Source: Lama guanicoe
Lineage: Eukaryota
Length of the DNA: 64,000 nt
Direction of reading: 5' to 3'
Assembly: GCA_013239625.1 (NCBI GenBank)
Contig: MU054187.1
Span: 19,994,897 to 20,058,896 of the forward strand
Part shown: piece after piece, positions 12,821 through 25,581 of the stretch
Layout: every line of letters begins with the position of its first letter
Position numbering within the stretch: the stretch's first letter is position 1
The notes under the pieces: generated by a model
Database searches by the model: none
Told to the model about the DNA's origin: nothing
Seen by the model: the letters and a program-made list of their open reading frames with translations, nothing else
Translations under genes and position numbers: made by a program

Positions 12821-14039
12821 TATAAATATTTTAGAGCTAAGAAGGGAATACATAAATATGAATTTTATTATTATTCTTTAATATGAATAAAATAATATAA
12901 AAGAACAAGAAAAATGAATGCAGTAAATCTACAAATACTGATATATAAGGTTTCACTTTCAGAAGCAAATAAACATTGAGACAGTATAGTAAATAAAAGT
13001 GACATGTTTGTATATTTATGGCCATGTAAATTGTTTTAGGGAATGTTACAGAAGAAACTATTGAAGGTTTTTGTTTATTGTTGGGCAATAGAAATGAAAA
13101 TCTTATTCAGAAGGAGAATCAATAAATATACATAAATCTTTTGGTTTCTTTTGCATTATTTTATGGCCAGGTGCATACATTATTTTGATATTCATTTAAA
13201 ATAATAATGGTAGTTACCTGACTGATGAGATTATGAGCTATTTTTATGGTGTCTTCAGAAAGAGCTGTATTTTTAAAAATCTCCCAAAATTGTTACTCAA
13301 AAATAGTTTCCTCTGGATAATTTGACTGGAGTGAGTAAAAGGACTCAACTTTACATTTACACCCTTTGGGTTTTGTTTGTTTATTTTAGTTTATTGCCTT
13401 TTGTAGTGATTTCTGTTAATAAAAGGCAAATAATTGACTCTGGTGCTGAAAGAGAGAAACCTGTCCTGTTGTTAAAATCTTTTACACTGGAGAGTAAAAA
13501 CCCTGAACTTTCAAATCAGAGGATTTTGTTCCCCAAAAGTCGTGGAAGGCAAAGCAAAAAGAAAAAAAAAACTTATAGAATGAATTTGGCCAGTCACAGG
13601 GAAATAACTGATGAAATGATTATTGGTCACCCAAGTGAAATTATTTTCTGGATAAGTTTTGGTAAATTGTTTATTGGAAGAATTTAGCAGCAAAGAAAAT
13701 GGATATTCAGTAAACTGCTTTTTGAAAACTAAAACCTAAATAATTCTGCTCCCAGGGGAAAAGCTCCTTGACCACTTGTTCATGGTAAATAAAAGGGAAC
13801 AGAACCTGGGAAGGCTGAACTCTGAGGTGCAAAAATGCTCGTAGCTGGAGAGTGTCTGTAAACTTACCCATCAGCACGCCAGAGACACTGTCCTTTCCCT
13901 TCCTCAGGCTTATTTTATGTCCTATTATAAATGCCCCGTTTTCCCCAAGTTAATAGTTTTTTGCTTAGTTTAGACAGAGGTGATCCCTCTTCTTCTTTTA
14001 GTCAAAAGAAGCTTAACCAATTCTCAAAGCAGCAGCTTA

Positions 14040-15745
14040 TTATTTTTAAAAATAACTTTGAGATATGATTCATATGCTATCCAGTTCACCCACTTAACGT
14101 ATACAGGATTGTGACTAAACCACAGTCTAATTTTAAAACAATTTTTCTCCCCTCCAAGAAATTCCACTAGTTGTTAAATTTTTACCTCAAGCCTGAAGCA
14201 TTTCATGTATGTGGAATCTACAATATTTGGTCTTTTGTGATTGACTCCTTTCACTTAGCCTAATGTCTTCAAGGTTCATCCATGTTGAACATTGTGAGCT
14301 GGCCTTGAGATGAGTTAAGGCCGTGGGACCCGAGGCCATGATCAGAGCATGTTTGTAGTATGCAGTAAATAATTGCTGTACGTGTGCATCAATTATATAA
14401 GATTTAGAATAAAGAAAATAGAAGTACGCATGTGCTAGAGATATTCTGTAAGCCTAATGAACAAAGAAACTCAGATTGCGCATGTGCTGGCAGAGAACAG
14501 ATAAATAGCAGGACAGGTGCATCATAGGCACACCTACCTGTGGCAATAAAGTGTTGTTAACCCCATGGTGTCTCCAGCTGAAGTCTGTCCAGTGGTATGG
14601 TAACTCCTTACGCATTTTTTCATTTGGGCCACTCACCTCCTAGAACCCCACATCAGCCTTCCTCGGCTGACAAACGTGGATCAGTTTTTCATTTCTTCTT
14701 ATTGATGAATAGCATACCATTATATAAATATAACACCTTTTATTTATCTATTCACCAGGTGGTGGACATTTGGGTTGCTTTCAAATTTTGGCCATTATGA
14801 ATAATGCAGTTGTGAACATTCATGTCCAGGTTTTTGTATGGACACATATTTTTGTATCTTTTGTATATATACTTAGGATAAGAAGAGCTGGGTCTATATT
14901 TAACTCTTTGAGGAACCATGAAACAGTTTTCCACAATGGCTGCACAATTATTCATTCCTACCCAGCAACATATTAAGGTTTCAATTTCTGTACTTCTTCA
15001 GCAGCACTTGTTATTTTCAGTCTTTTTTATGACAGTCATTCTAGTGAAGGTGAGGTCATCTCTCATTGTGGTTTTGATTTGCATTTCTCTGATGATTTAT
15101 GACATTTGGCATCTTTTCCTATGCATATTAGCCATTTGTATGTCTTCTTCAAAGAAATGCCAATTCAAATCCTTTATCTGTTTTCAATTACATTACTTAT
15201 CTTTTTATTATTGACTTTTTATATATTGTAGAAACTCTTGATATATTCTGCACAAAAGTCCCTTATCAGGTTTATGATTTGCAAATATTTTCTCCCATTC
15301 TGTGGTTGTCCTTTTACTTCTTGATAGACTCATTTGCAGCACAAAAGTTTAGATTTTAATTTTGATATGGGCCTATTTATTCTTTTCTTTTGTCAATTGT
15401 GCTTTAGCTGTTATATCTAAGAAAGCTTGCTTAACCCCAGGTCATGAAGATTTACTCTAATGTTTCCTTCTGAGAGTTCTAGATTTTGCTTTTTTCTTTT
15501 TTTAAAAAATTTAGGTCTATGATCCATTTTGAGTAACTTTGCATACGGTGTGAGGTAATGGTCCAACTTCATTCTTTTGTGTGTGGCTATCGTGTTGTCC
15601 TGGTACTCTTTGTTGAAAAGACTATTCTTTCCCCATTAAATTGTCTTGGTACTTTTTAAAAAAAATTAATTGATTATACATTCAAGGGTTTATTTCTGGA
15701 GTGAATTCTCTTTCGTTGATCTATACATCTATCTTTATGACCATC
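14040..15745 (-). mobile_element. L1MB/MC-like 3' portion interrupted by a solo LTR
   Basis: ttcacttagcctaatgtcttcaaggttcatccatgttg; ggacatttgggttgcttt; tctcattgtggttttgatttgcatttctctgatg. Confidence 0.9.
14293..14672 (+). mobile_element. 380-bp ERV solo LTR, family not recognised
   Basis: TG...CA termini; 5-bp TSD aacat (14288-14292)/aacgt (14673-14677); gataaata and aataaa inside; host L1 resumes across it. Confidence 0.85.
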
Positions 15746-15789
15746 TAGAGATCGAGAAAGATTGATATGCATTCTCTTTGGAGTTTCTT

Positions 15790-15940
15790 TTTTTACTTTT
15801 TTTTAAAAATTTGTTCATTTTGTGTGTGTATGTGTTTCTTTTGAAGTATAGTCAGTTTACAATGTTGTGTCAAGTTCTGGTGAAAAGCACAATGCTTCAG
15901 TCATACATGAATACATATGTATATATATTTCTTTTCACTC
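15790..15940 (-). mobile_element. Very short young L1 3' tip
   Basis: ttgaagtatagtcagtttacaatgttgtgtca; imperfect flanking repeat ctctttgga/ctcttttgga. Confidence 0.8.
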
Positions 15941-16062
15941 TTTGGATTTTTGATAGAATTCACTAGCGAAGCTTTCAGAGCCTAACTTCACTGAGTCTAC
16001 CTGAGTTCTGGGTTTTTTCTTTCTGGATAGTTTTAAGATTACTAACTAGATTGCACCATTCA

Positions 16063-16693
16063 TAATAGTTCTCTGTTGCTGCCAAAACTTGTTACCATAA
16101 AGTTAGTGGCTTAAAATGAAATATATTTTTATCTCACAGTTCTATAGGTTAAGAAGTTTGGGACAAGTCTGGCTGGGCTAAAATCAAGGTATAGTTGGGC
16201 TGTGTTTTTTTTCTGTAGGTTCTGGGTGAGAATAAGTTGCCTTGTCTTTTCCAGCTTTGAGAATGCCTATATTTGCTTATATTTTCCTTCTTCCATCTTT
16301 GAAACCAGCCATGGCATATCAATTTTTTTATATTACATCCTCTGACCTTCTTACCACACTCATATTTCCTCTAATTCACCTCAACTGGGAAAGGGTCTCT
16401 GCTTTTAAGGACTCAGGTCCTTAGGTTGGACCCACTTGGATTACACAGGATAATTTCCTGGTCTCAAAAAACTTCATCTTTTTTTTTTTGTCATTAAACA
16501 CTTAGATTTAATTAGACAAGATGCAACATACTGAAAAAAATCAAACAACAGTAAGTCCTCAAATACAGAGCAAATCCCATCTTTGATGAGTCAAAAACCT
16601 TCATCTTAATCACACCTACAGGATTCTGTTTTCTGTGTAAGGCAACGTATTCATAGGTTCCAGGGATCATGAGGTAGACATTCTGCCAACCCC
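16063..16693 (-). mobile_element. MaLR solo LTR (MLT1B/C-like) interrupted by a retrocopy
   Basis: agtggcttaaaa...tctcacagttct...gggctaaaatcaagg...tctctgcttttaaggactca...cttaatcaca. Confidence 0.85.
16481..16590 (-). pseudogene. 5'-truncated retrocopy of an unidentified RNA 3' end
   Basis: Poly(T) run; minus-strand ATTAAA at 16507-16512; 17-bp TSD 16464-16480/16591-16607 with 1 mismatch; tctt/aa target site. Confidence 0.8.
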
Positions 16694-16864
16694 ACTTTTA
16701 AAAGTCTATTCAGTTTTATACTCATTGATTTATGAAATTTCTTCTTAAATTAGTCCAAAGGACAGAGGTGAAGAATTATGCTATTATACTGTCTTTTAAA
16801 ATTACCTACATAATTACCTTTGCTGACACTCTTTTTTAATATATATTGATTCAAATTACTGTCT

Positions 16865-17392
16865 GGAATGCCCTCCTGGGGTTCAATTATTTTTTTAGAG
16901 CATTCACAGAACTCAGAGGAATGTTACTAGATTATTGGTTTATAATAGTGAAATGGGAGAGTTGCTTAGGGCAAGGTATGGGGAAAGGACACTGAGCGTC
17001 AATCCTCTCGGAGGATGCTGCTCTCCCTGAATTGCCGTGTGTTCACCAGCTGGGAAGCTCTTGAAACCCCCTCCTTTTGCGTCTTTATGGCAGCTTTATT
17101 AAACCAGACACGATTGATTGTTTAAATCATTGGCCATTGGCAACTGAGCTCAAGCTCCAACCCCCTTCCCCTCTCCAGAGGTCAGGGCTCGGTGGAAATT
17201 CCAACCGTCTTATCTGTTGGTGGACAACCGCCCTCTACCCTTCTGTGCTTTGCGAAAGTCACCTCATTAACATAACCAAATACACCTCTGACACTTTCAT
17301 CACTTAGGAAATTACAGGGGTTTGAGGAGCTCTGTGCCGGAAAAGGAGCTGAAGACTAAATACACATTTCTTATTATAAATCACAATATCAC
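16865..17392 (-). mobile_element. MER21-like LTR
   Basis: cacagaactcag, aaatcattggccattgg, aagtcacctcattaacataac, ttcttattataaatcacaatatcac. Confidence 0.8.
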
Positions 17393-17654
17393 GAGATGTA
17401 AGGTTATGTAATTCATTGGAATTGTTTCCAACAGCGTACAGGTCTCATGACAACAATCAAAATTAGTATTTACCTGCCTCAATCCATTTGTTTGCTACCT
17501 TTACACACAACTTGAAAGTCTGAAGAGCATCAAATTATTAGAAACTGTGTACGAGACAAAACTCACAGTATAGCAAAAATTCCAGGCATGTTATGAAATA
17601 TCCCTGCCATTATTGATCCAATTCTATTTCATTAAGAAAGTTTATATAATATGT

Positions 17655-17860
17655 TAGAAAAGACAGTCACTGATAGAGGAGACCCAGCTCAGAACTTAAC
17701 ACATTTTGTGGCCTTGGGTCAGTCATTTAAGTTTCAGTCACATTCTCCTAAGGTATTATAGTACCTGTCCAGTCTAATTTGCAGGATACTTCTGAGGGTC
17801 AAATGAAATCCATGTGAAAAAGATATTGAAAAGTCAAAAGCATCAGGCAAGTGATAGTCA
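17655..17860 (+). mobile_element. MIR SINE (degenerate)
   Basis: tgtggccttgggtcagtcatttaa...tgagggtcaaatgaaat...tgtgaaa. Confidence 0.7.
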
Positions 17861-18529
17861 CTAACGGAATATATTCAGTGGAGTTATAAAATTTTCAAAG
17901 AAAAGCTGCAAACTAAATATAAACTGTATTAGAAGCCCAGGAAAGTAATCCCTTGTTCCTAAATGGGTAAACTCATGGCTTCTGGGTGATAATAAATAGA
18001 GAGTAAAGCTAAAATCTACTGGAGAACACTTCTAATAAAACACGTGCAGTTAGGAAAAGAGGACCAGAAGCAAAACTCTCCGGGCCAGAGGCATGGCTGT
18101 GCTGCTCTGGGAACACACGCCGTCCACAGTGGAGCAGGATTTTGGCAGAGGATAAGGAGGAGATTGCTTTGTGTGTAGATGCCTGCTGGCTATGTGACAT
18201 TTCTGTTCATTACTCACCCACGTGGGTAGGTTTGATTACTGCTGTGGCCAGAGAGTCCCTGGAAGAGAAAGCGAAAATACATGGGCCGAAGATCTTTGAT
18301 GTATTGAGTACCACAGATGACAGCAGAAAGTAAACCTTTGTCGGAGGGGTGGAGGAGAATGTGTGCTTAGCACATGCCCTGACAAGTTCCGCCGCTGCTT
18401 GAAAAATTTCATGCTGGCATTTTCAGAAAGGCTTAGAATTATTTTCCTGGAGGAATAAAATATTGCCACACTCTTCCCCCAAGGAACAGTTAGATAATTA
18501 AGAGGGGTGATACAAGTCAATAATACCTG

Positions 18530-18720
18530 AATAATAATAGCCGTTAACTAGCAGTAACTCAGAGCAACGTATATATTTTAATTTAATCATTGCAATAATT
18601 CAGATGGGTATTATAATCTCCATTTTAAAGCTGAGAGTTTAAATATCTGGACTAGGGTCATACAGCTAATAGGTGGTGGATTGTAGACCCTAATTCTAAG
18701 ATGCCATGTTCTTTGCCTAA
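18530..18720 (-). mobile_element. MIR SINE
   Basis: gggtattataatctccatttta...agggtcatacagctaataggtgg. Confidence 0.7.
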
Positions 18721-18762
18721 ATCCTTGATTCCCAAACACCAATCCGTGGACGAGTGTTTCTT

Positions 18763-18887
18763 TTTTGGTGGGGGGAGGGTTGGTAATTAAGTTTATTTAT
18801 TTATTTATAATAAAAGTCCTGGGAATTGAACCCAAGACCTTGTGCATGCTAAGCACACGCTCTACCACTGAGCTATACCCTACCCTC
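18763..18887 (-). mobile_element. tRNA-Ala-derived SINE (camelid Vic-1 type)
   Basis: Reverse complement gggtatagctcagtggtagagcgtgtgcttagcatgcacaaggtcttgggttcaattccc has A and B boxes; TSD agtgtttctt at 18753-18762/18888-18897. Confidence 0.9.
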
Positions 18888-20422
18888 AGTGTTTCTTAAT
18901 GTCAAAATTTTCACTGGTTTACTGAGTATCTTTCTGAAGAATTCATTACTATATGTTTGATAATTCTTGGTGACAAAATAAAAGTTGAATATTCTTCCAT
19001 AGTCTTCCATACCATATTATAAATTCATGACGTTCAAACATCCCTACGTAATAATGACTGTCTAAGTAAATGAATAAACATATTTTAAATGCTTATAAAA
19101 TTACATCACCGAAAAATATTACTCAGATATAGGAGCCAAATTATTCTTTTGTATCCAAATGTTTAAGTCATTTACGTGCCTAAATGTACCAAAATAGTAA
19201 ATATACCAATAGGGTATGAGGAAAACTTAGCAATAGACTTCATTTACAAACGATTGGTATTTAAAGCATTTGCTATTAAGCACAACTCTCCCTGGTTGTG
19301 AGGACTAGAACCCACCTGCCACGTCCAGGTGTCGTTGGAGGAAGCAAGCTTTCCCTTCTTTTTGTCTGAGCACACACGGCATTTCCTAGGGTTCTTTCTT
19401 CCATGAACTCTTCTTTGTGTGCTTTCACTGGGGACTTCATCTAGTGTGTGGCTGAAAATATTAAAGTGGTTGCTTAGAAACGCTAAAGTTGGAAATTTAT
19501 GAGTTTTCAAAAGGTTGAAGTGTAGGGGTAGCATATGGTGCTCTGACATGTTTTGTTCCCTAGCCAAGGAGAGGGGTAGCCTTCTGTGGTCTCTCTAATT
19601 ATTTCATGGCACTTTAAGATGCCAAGCTGAATTTAGAAAACAAGGCATCAGGGCTAAGGAAAAATAGAATGCACTTTTTGCTTCCAGTATTTATAGAACA
19701 AAACATTTGTTGTTCATTTTTTCAAAAATTAATTGGAATGGTTTTGGAAATTTAAAAGCAGAGGATAAATGTTATCTAAAGGATAGAGTTAAAGACTCAT
19801 TATTGTGGCTGAAATGGAAAGGAAGTAAGAATGCCTGTTAATGTGGAAAGAAAAAAGACAGCATTGAAATGAAAATATTTTGTAAGGAAGAGTTATGTTC
19901 CTAAAAGTAAATCTTAACATAGCAAATATATTTAATAACTATATACTGAAAGAGAATTATTTGCAACAACTCAAGAGGATTGTGGAGGCTTCGGGTGGTT
20001 CTGCCACATCCAGTGCCTACTCTCTGTTGCCTTTTTCCAGCGTCCACCTGGGCTACTGTCACTCCCAGTAAGGAAACAGCACAGGGGTAAAAGGCTAGAT
20101 GTCTTCAGCTTTCTTTTGTGAACAGTGAAATCAGAGCTGAGCCCTCTAGAACTGCAGATTTTCCTAATGACTTTAGGTATCCGCCCCCACCCCCAATTAT
20201 CAAAATTTCCAGGAAAATATTTGATGCTTTATGATCAGAGAATTAAACAATGGGGGCAAAAGTAAATCCTAAATCCTGAAGACACACATTACGTAAAAGT
20301 TTACCGGACATTGTGACTTTGAGTTACGGTCATTAAATTCTTTTCAGTTAATATTTGAAGAAAGATTTGAAGTATCCAGAAAAATGGTGATATTGGGGGT
20401 ATCTGTGAGAACACATGCCCCC

Positions 20423-20966
20423 GTTTGTTTGTTTGTTTATTTGTTTATCTGTTTATTTATTTACTTATTTATTTATTTAATTGAGTTATAGTCAGTTTAC
20501 AATGTTGTGTCAATTTCCAGTGTAGAGCACAATTTTTCAGTTATACATGAACATATATATATTCATTGTCGCATTCTTTTTCACTGTGAGCTACCACAAG
20601 ATCTTGTGTATATTTCCCTGTGCTATACAGTATAATCTTGTTTATCTATTCTACATATATCTGTCAGTATTATAAATTTCGAACTTGCACTCTGTCCCTT
20701 CCCACTCACCCCTCCTGGCAACCACAAATTTGTATTCTATGTCTGTGAGTCTGTTTCTGTTTTGTATTTATGTTCATTTGTCTTTTTCTTTCTTTCTTTC
20801 TTTTTTTAGATTCCACATATGAGCGATCTCATATGGTATTTTTCTTTCTTTGTCTGGCTTACTTCACTTAGAATGACATTCTTCAGTGACATCCATGTTC
20901 CTGTAAGTGGCATTATGTTGTCATTTTATGGCTGAATAGTATTCCACTGTATAAATATATTTATTT
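20423..20966 (-). mobile_element. 5'-truncated young L1 with (TTTG)/(TTTA) tail
   Basis: 12-bp TSD acacatgccccc at 20411-20422/20967-20978 followed by tttt/aa. Confidence 0.95.
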
Positions 20967-21099
20967 ACACATGCCCCCTTTTAATTAGCTTATGTAATGT
21001 ATCTTCATTATCACAAAAACATATTTCTATACTTAAATCTGGCAAACACACACACATAATATTTCTTCTTTTATATTGAATATAAATGAGAAAATCCTA

Positions 21100-21700
21100 A
21101 ATGATATACAAAGGAAGTAAATAAATCCTAAAAGTGATCAACCATCTCAACTAAGCAGAGTTTATCCTAGGAAAATTCTAATATAGCTCATTCGTATAAA
21201 TGTAATAAATATATACACACATATATATCACATTAAGAGACAAAAATGCATATCATATGATCATTTAAGAAGATAACCCAAATTTACACTCATTTGATGA
21301 TTTAAAAATAAAATCCCTTAGAAAACCAGCCATAAGATATTTAGATAATGCATAATGCCCATATTTAACCAAAAATTTATATTATACTTAATTGTGAATC
21401 ACTAGAATCATTTGGAGTCTGGAAACAAGCTACTTGATTATTATTCTTTAATATTTTATAATGAAATCTAAGTAAGATAGCACACAGACTTGAAAGAAGA
21501 GGAGGTTTATTTATTCTATAGAGGTAATCGCAGGTGTGGGATTTTATACATAGAAAACATAAGGAAATATATGAAATAATTCCCATAATTACTAGACGAC
21601 TTACATGAATTAATAGTATAAATAGCAAATATATATAAAGAAAAAAATAAAATAGCTTATTCACTTGAAACCATGTTAAACCTCATTGAAAAGCACAAAA
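21100..21700 (+). mobile_element. Old L1 ORF2 relic
   Basis: gagtttatcctagg...catatgatcattt...tggagtctggaaacaag resemble decayed RT-region DNA. Confidence 0.55.
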
Positions 21701-22084
21701 ATAATAAGCAATCCATTTCTTGTTTGACAGGAAGGAATGGGCCATAGAATAAATATAAATTTTTAAAAGCTATAGCAACAGATACCTGATTTTATGTTGG
21801 CAAAGTAAAGCAAGGATATATATGAACAACTGATCTGTGTAAAAATGTTCAGTGTCCCATCATCTCATCCAGCTGGTTTAGGCATAATGTACATTTAATT
21901 CCCTTGAAAATTGTGTTATAAGAACAGACAATTCAGCTATGTCAGGTAGAACCCTCTGTCTTTGCCAGATAGGCTGTACTTGTACATCGACTGAGGCAAA
22001 AGAACACTGGCTTAAATATTTCTCTCCAGAAGGCAAGCATGGTTAATATATAATTTCAATCTTTACAGACAAGTAAGAAAATCT

Positions 22085-22200
22085 TCGAAAATGCATTTAT
22101 GCAACAAATATGTGTTGTGTCCTTCCTCTGTGCCAAGACCTAGAGATCCATGGTGAGTTAGGAACAGTCGCTGCCTCAGGGAGCCCATGGTGTTTCTGTG
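22085..22200 (-). mobile_element. L2 3' end
   Basis: catttatgcaacaaatatgtgttg...tctgtgccaag...gcctcagggagccca. Confidence 0.65.
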
Positions 22201-24912
22201 TAGAAATAAATCGAATAAACAAAGTATAAAATTGAAGACATCAGACTTTTCTTATGAATCTAAATGAATTCTTATTGGAGTATAGCTATTACTCTTTCTT
22301 GTGGGATTTAGATATAATCTAGATGGTGAATTTAATAGGAGGATATTAATAATACGTCAGTTCTTTAAGGGATGATGCACAGCAAAAAGTTATCAGTGTC
22401 TATTCTCAAAAAGAGTAATTTGTATATAAAATTTAATTAGACTAAGAAAGACATGAATATGTTAAGTCTTATTTATTTGGGCTACATGTATATTCATTAA
22501 TAATTATTTTGATTTGAAATGAATCTGTCTTGCCTCTGAATATCATTATTACTCTATAGGACTCTCATGGGATAAAGTGACATGCTTGTGTAGGGGGTAA
22601 AAGCATGCAGCATTTGACTTCTGGCAAGAGATGGAAGGTTGCAATAAAGGAATACTTTTCATACAAAAAAGTTTACATTCTAGCGTCTTTTGTTTCTAGG
22701 GCTGGAAGTTATCCTTTTTAGACACATAGCTTTAGCTTTACTTCATATTTTTAGCTTTGCAATGATATTTGTTGTACACTGATAAGAAAGTGAAAAAAAT
22801 CTATTTGAAATCAGTACAGGGTGACATACATGATCATTCAAAATTAATATGTGTGTATGTTCTGTTGAATATGTAAAAATACATATCAAAGATGTGATTT
22901 TGGAAATGATATAAGAAGCAATAGGATTACATATTTGATTCTGAATATCCTTGCATTAAATTTTTCCTGAATTTCAAGTTAATTACTCTTTATGAAGGTC
23001 TAATGAATGTGGAAGAATTTATGGTAATCCATAAGCTTGATGGATATAAAATGTTAAAAACATATGAGGGGATTTGCAATGAAAAACCCCTAGTGTTACC
23101 TGGCTACTCCTTGTTTGTGGAATCTTCTGATGATTTTATAGAATAACCATTCGCCTCTTAAATATAGCTTAAATTGGAGAGGCATGGTAAATGTTTGATT
23201 TCTTACTCTTTAATAACCAATTTTCTATTTTCAGAATAGGGAAATTCATGCATTTTAACCAAATATTATGTATAAAATGTTTTATTTCATTTCTCTATTT
23301 CTTTTTCTAATCAGCCCACTTGTCACTATTAGCATCCCTAAGAGTGAGACAGCCAGTTTGGATGGGCAGTCTAGACTATTCAGAGATTTCTCATATCAGG
23401 GTCATAACCTGAGTGTAAAAGTTGTAGGAGATGTTAGAAGAGGAATGTTTTTATGGCAGAGAGAATGGTAATTGTGAAACTAACAGGCATGAGACAAAAT
23501 TAACTTTGCAGAATATTTTGTAAAGCTATGGGCTGTCATCTACTGAACTCTTCTTTGGGTGTTTCTAAGTAGGTCATGTAATTCATTAAGTATTAATTTT
23601 GAAATACTCAGAAGAAATAGGTACATTTCTTAATTTGGTTTGTTAACTCTCTGTACTTCCATTCCTCTTATATTCTATTTTTTAATATTGACTCTTGTAT
23701 TTCTATTGGTTGCATCTCTTTTCAGCTGGCTTTTTATAGTATCTTAGGTCAAGTTTCTTGTATGCCAAGGCAATAACTGAATCCCTTCTCTGATCATAAT
23801 GAAAACTTCAAAACTTTGTCTTCACACTGTCTCAATCATTGCCTCTGCAGAACACAAACCAATATCTAGATTTTTATATAAACTCCGTTAGCACAAAAAT
23901 TCATGAATCTAACTGGATATTCTTTTTGTTTAGATGGTCTTGGTAGCTGTGCTCCTTAACTGACCTCCTCACAAGTGAGCAGTTTCTAAAATGAAGTAAA
24001 ACATGAAATGATATTAATTTAAAACTTTGTGATACATTCTGATAGTCATTCTAGGTGCATGTGGTTCGGATAGATATTTTTGGCAATGTTCTGCAAAGTT
24101 GGAAAAACATTGCTCTGTGGGTTTCTGAGAAACATTTGCAATTTTTCTAGTGTGTGTCGTGCCAGGAGCAACTTCTAATCAGCAGGATACAGAGGGCATA
24201 AGCAATTTATCCATTAAGTGAGTCATATAAGGTAAGCAAAAGAAAGAGGCTTGCTGATGCTTAAAAGTGATATTTTTACATTTTGGTCAACGTCCATTCC
24301 TCATGAATGTTTTACCATATGCTAAGCTGAAAGTATTTTGGTTCAATTGTTAGTGAGGTAACAATATCTCAATATTTTTAACATGAATTTTTTAAAGAAC
24401 TCAAAAATAGCTGTGAGGCTTTTTCCAAGAGTACATAGAAATCACTTTTGAGTTGAGATGCCAGAGTTTTAAAATCACTTTTGGAAAATAAGAAATTTAT
24501 CAATTTAAATGTATCAATGTATATAGAAATTTATATTTGGGTTTACCAGTAAATATAGAAATAAAGTTTAAACACCAAAGGAGAAAAAACAAAATGCACT
24601 CAAACGTTAGAAATCTTATAATGTTTAAGAAATTTTAAAAAACAAACCTTTAAAGAATAATTCTACTTGAAGCACTATCTTGTTTTCTGCATTTTTTTCC
24701 AATTTTTCATTTAGAAAAATTCAAATCTATTTAAGAGTTTTAAAAATTCACCAGAAGATAACATTTCATCTCATTTGCTTTGTCTTTGTCAAATAGTTCA
24801 ACATGTGCCTTCAGAAAACATGGATATTCTCCTATCTTACTTAAATTTTATTAAAAACTATCACAAACAGGAAAAATAACATTGAAAATAGTTATTTAAT
24901 AGTATACATTGA

Positions 24913-25581
24913 CAGAAAACAAGTAAAAATCAATGAAAGCAATAGAAGGGACCTATGACATAATATAAAGCATACCAACCTACACATAATAGGGGTCCCA
25001 GAAAGAGAAGAAAGAGAAAAGGGGATTGAAAAGGTATTTGACGAAATCATGACTGAAAACTTGCCAGACTTAAAGAAGGAAACACATATCCAAGCAGGAA
25101 GCAGAAAGGGTCCCAAACAAGAACTCAAACAGACCTACACCAAGACATATTACAGTTAAGATGGCCAAAGTTAAGATAAAGAAATGATTCTAAAGGCAGC
25201 AAGAGAAAAACAGAGTTAGTTAGAAGGAGACCCCTATAAGGCCTTCCGCTGATTTCTCTACACAGACACTGCTAGCCAGAAGGCAGTGGCAGGATATATT
25301 CAAAGTCCTGAATGAGAAAAAGCTGCAACCTAGGACACTCTATCCAGCAAGACTATCCTTTAGAGTAGAAGGGGAGATAAAGAATTTCACAGACAAGAAA
25401 AAAACTAAAAGAATTCAACAATACTAAACCTATCCTAAAAGGAAGTGTTGAAAGATCTATATTCTAAATAGAAAGGAAGCAGGAAGCTATAGAAATGAGA
25501 AAACCATAATTCGAAATGAGGTAACCATAATGAGTTACAAGAGAATAAACATGAAGATGTTAAAAAAAAAAAAGGACATCA
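24913..25581 (+). mobile_element. L1 fragment: disrupted ORF1 C-terminal half and following sequence
   Basis: Translates to NIKHTNLHIIGVPEREEREKGIEKVFDEIMTENLP and ADFSTQTLLARRQWQDIFKVLNEKKLQPRTLYPARLSF (L1 ORF1p motifs), with stops and frameshifts. Confidence 0.92.

Noticed and set aside
13862..13910. Isolated splice-like signals here and at ~20040 and ~57410
   Set aside because: Single acceptors or donors without a convincing partner site or recognisable reading frame.
14752..15214. Overlapping ORFs with L1 ORF2-like words (also 43896-44081, 45339-45548, 62684-62881)
   Set aside because: Decayed L1 fragments with no intact retrotransposon ORF.
18815..18885. tRNA-Ala gene (also at ~53380-53450)
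   Set aside because: Degenerate acceptor stem, A-rich tail and TSDs show these are tRNA-derived SINEs.
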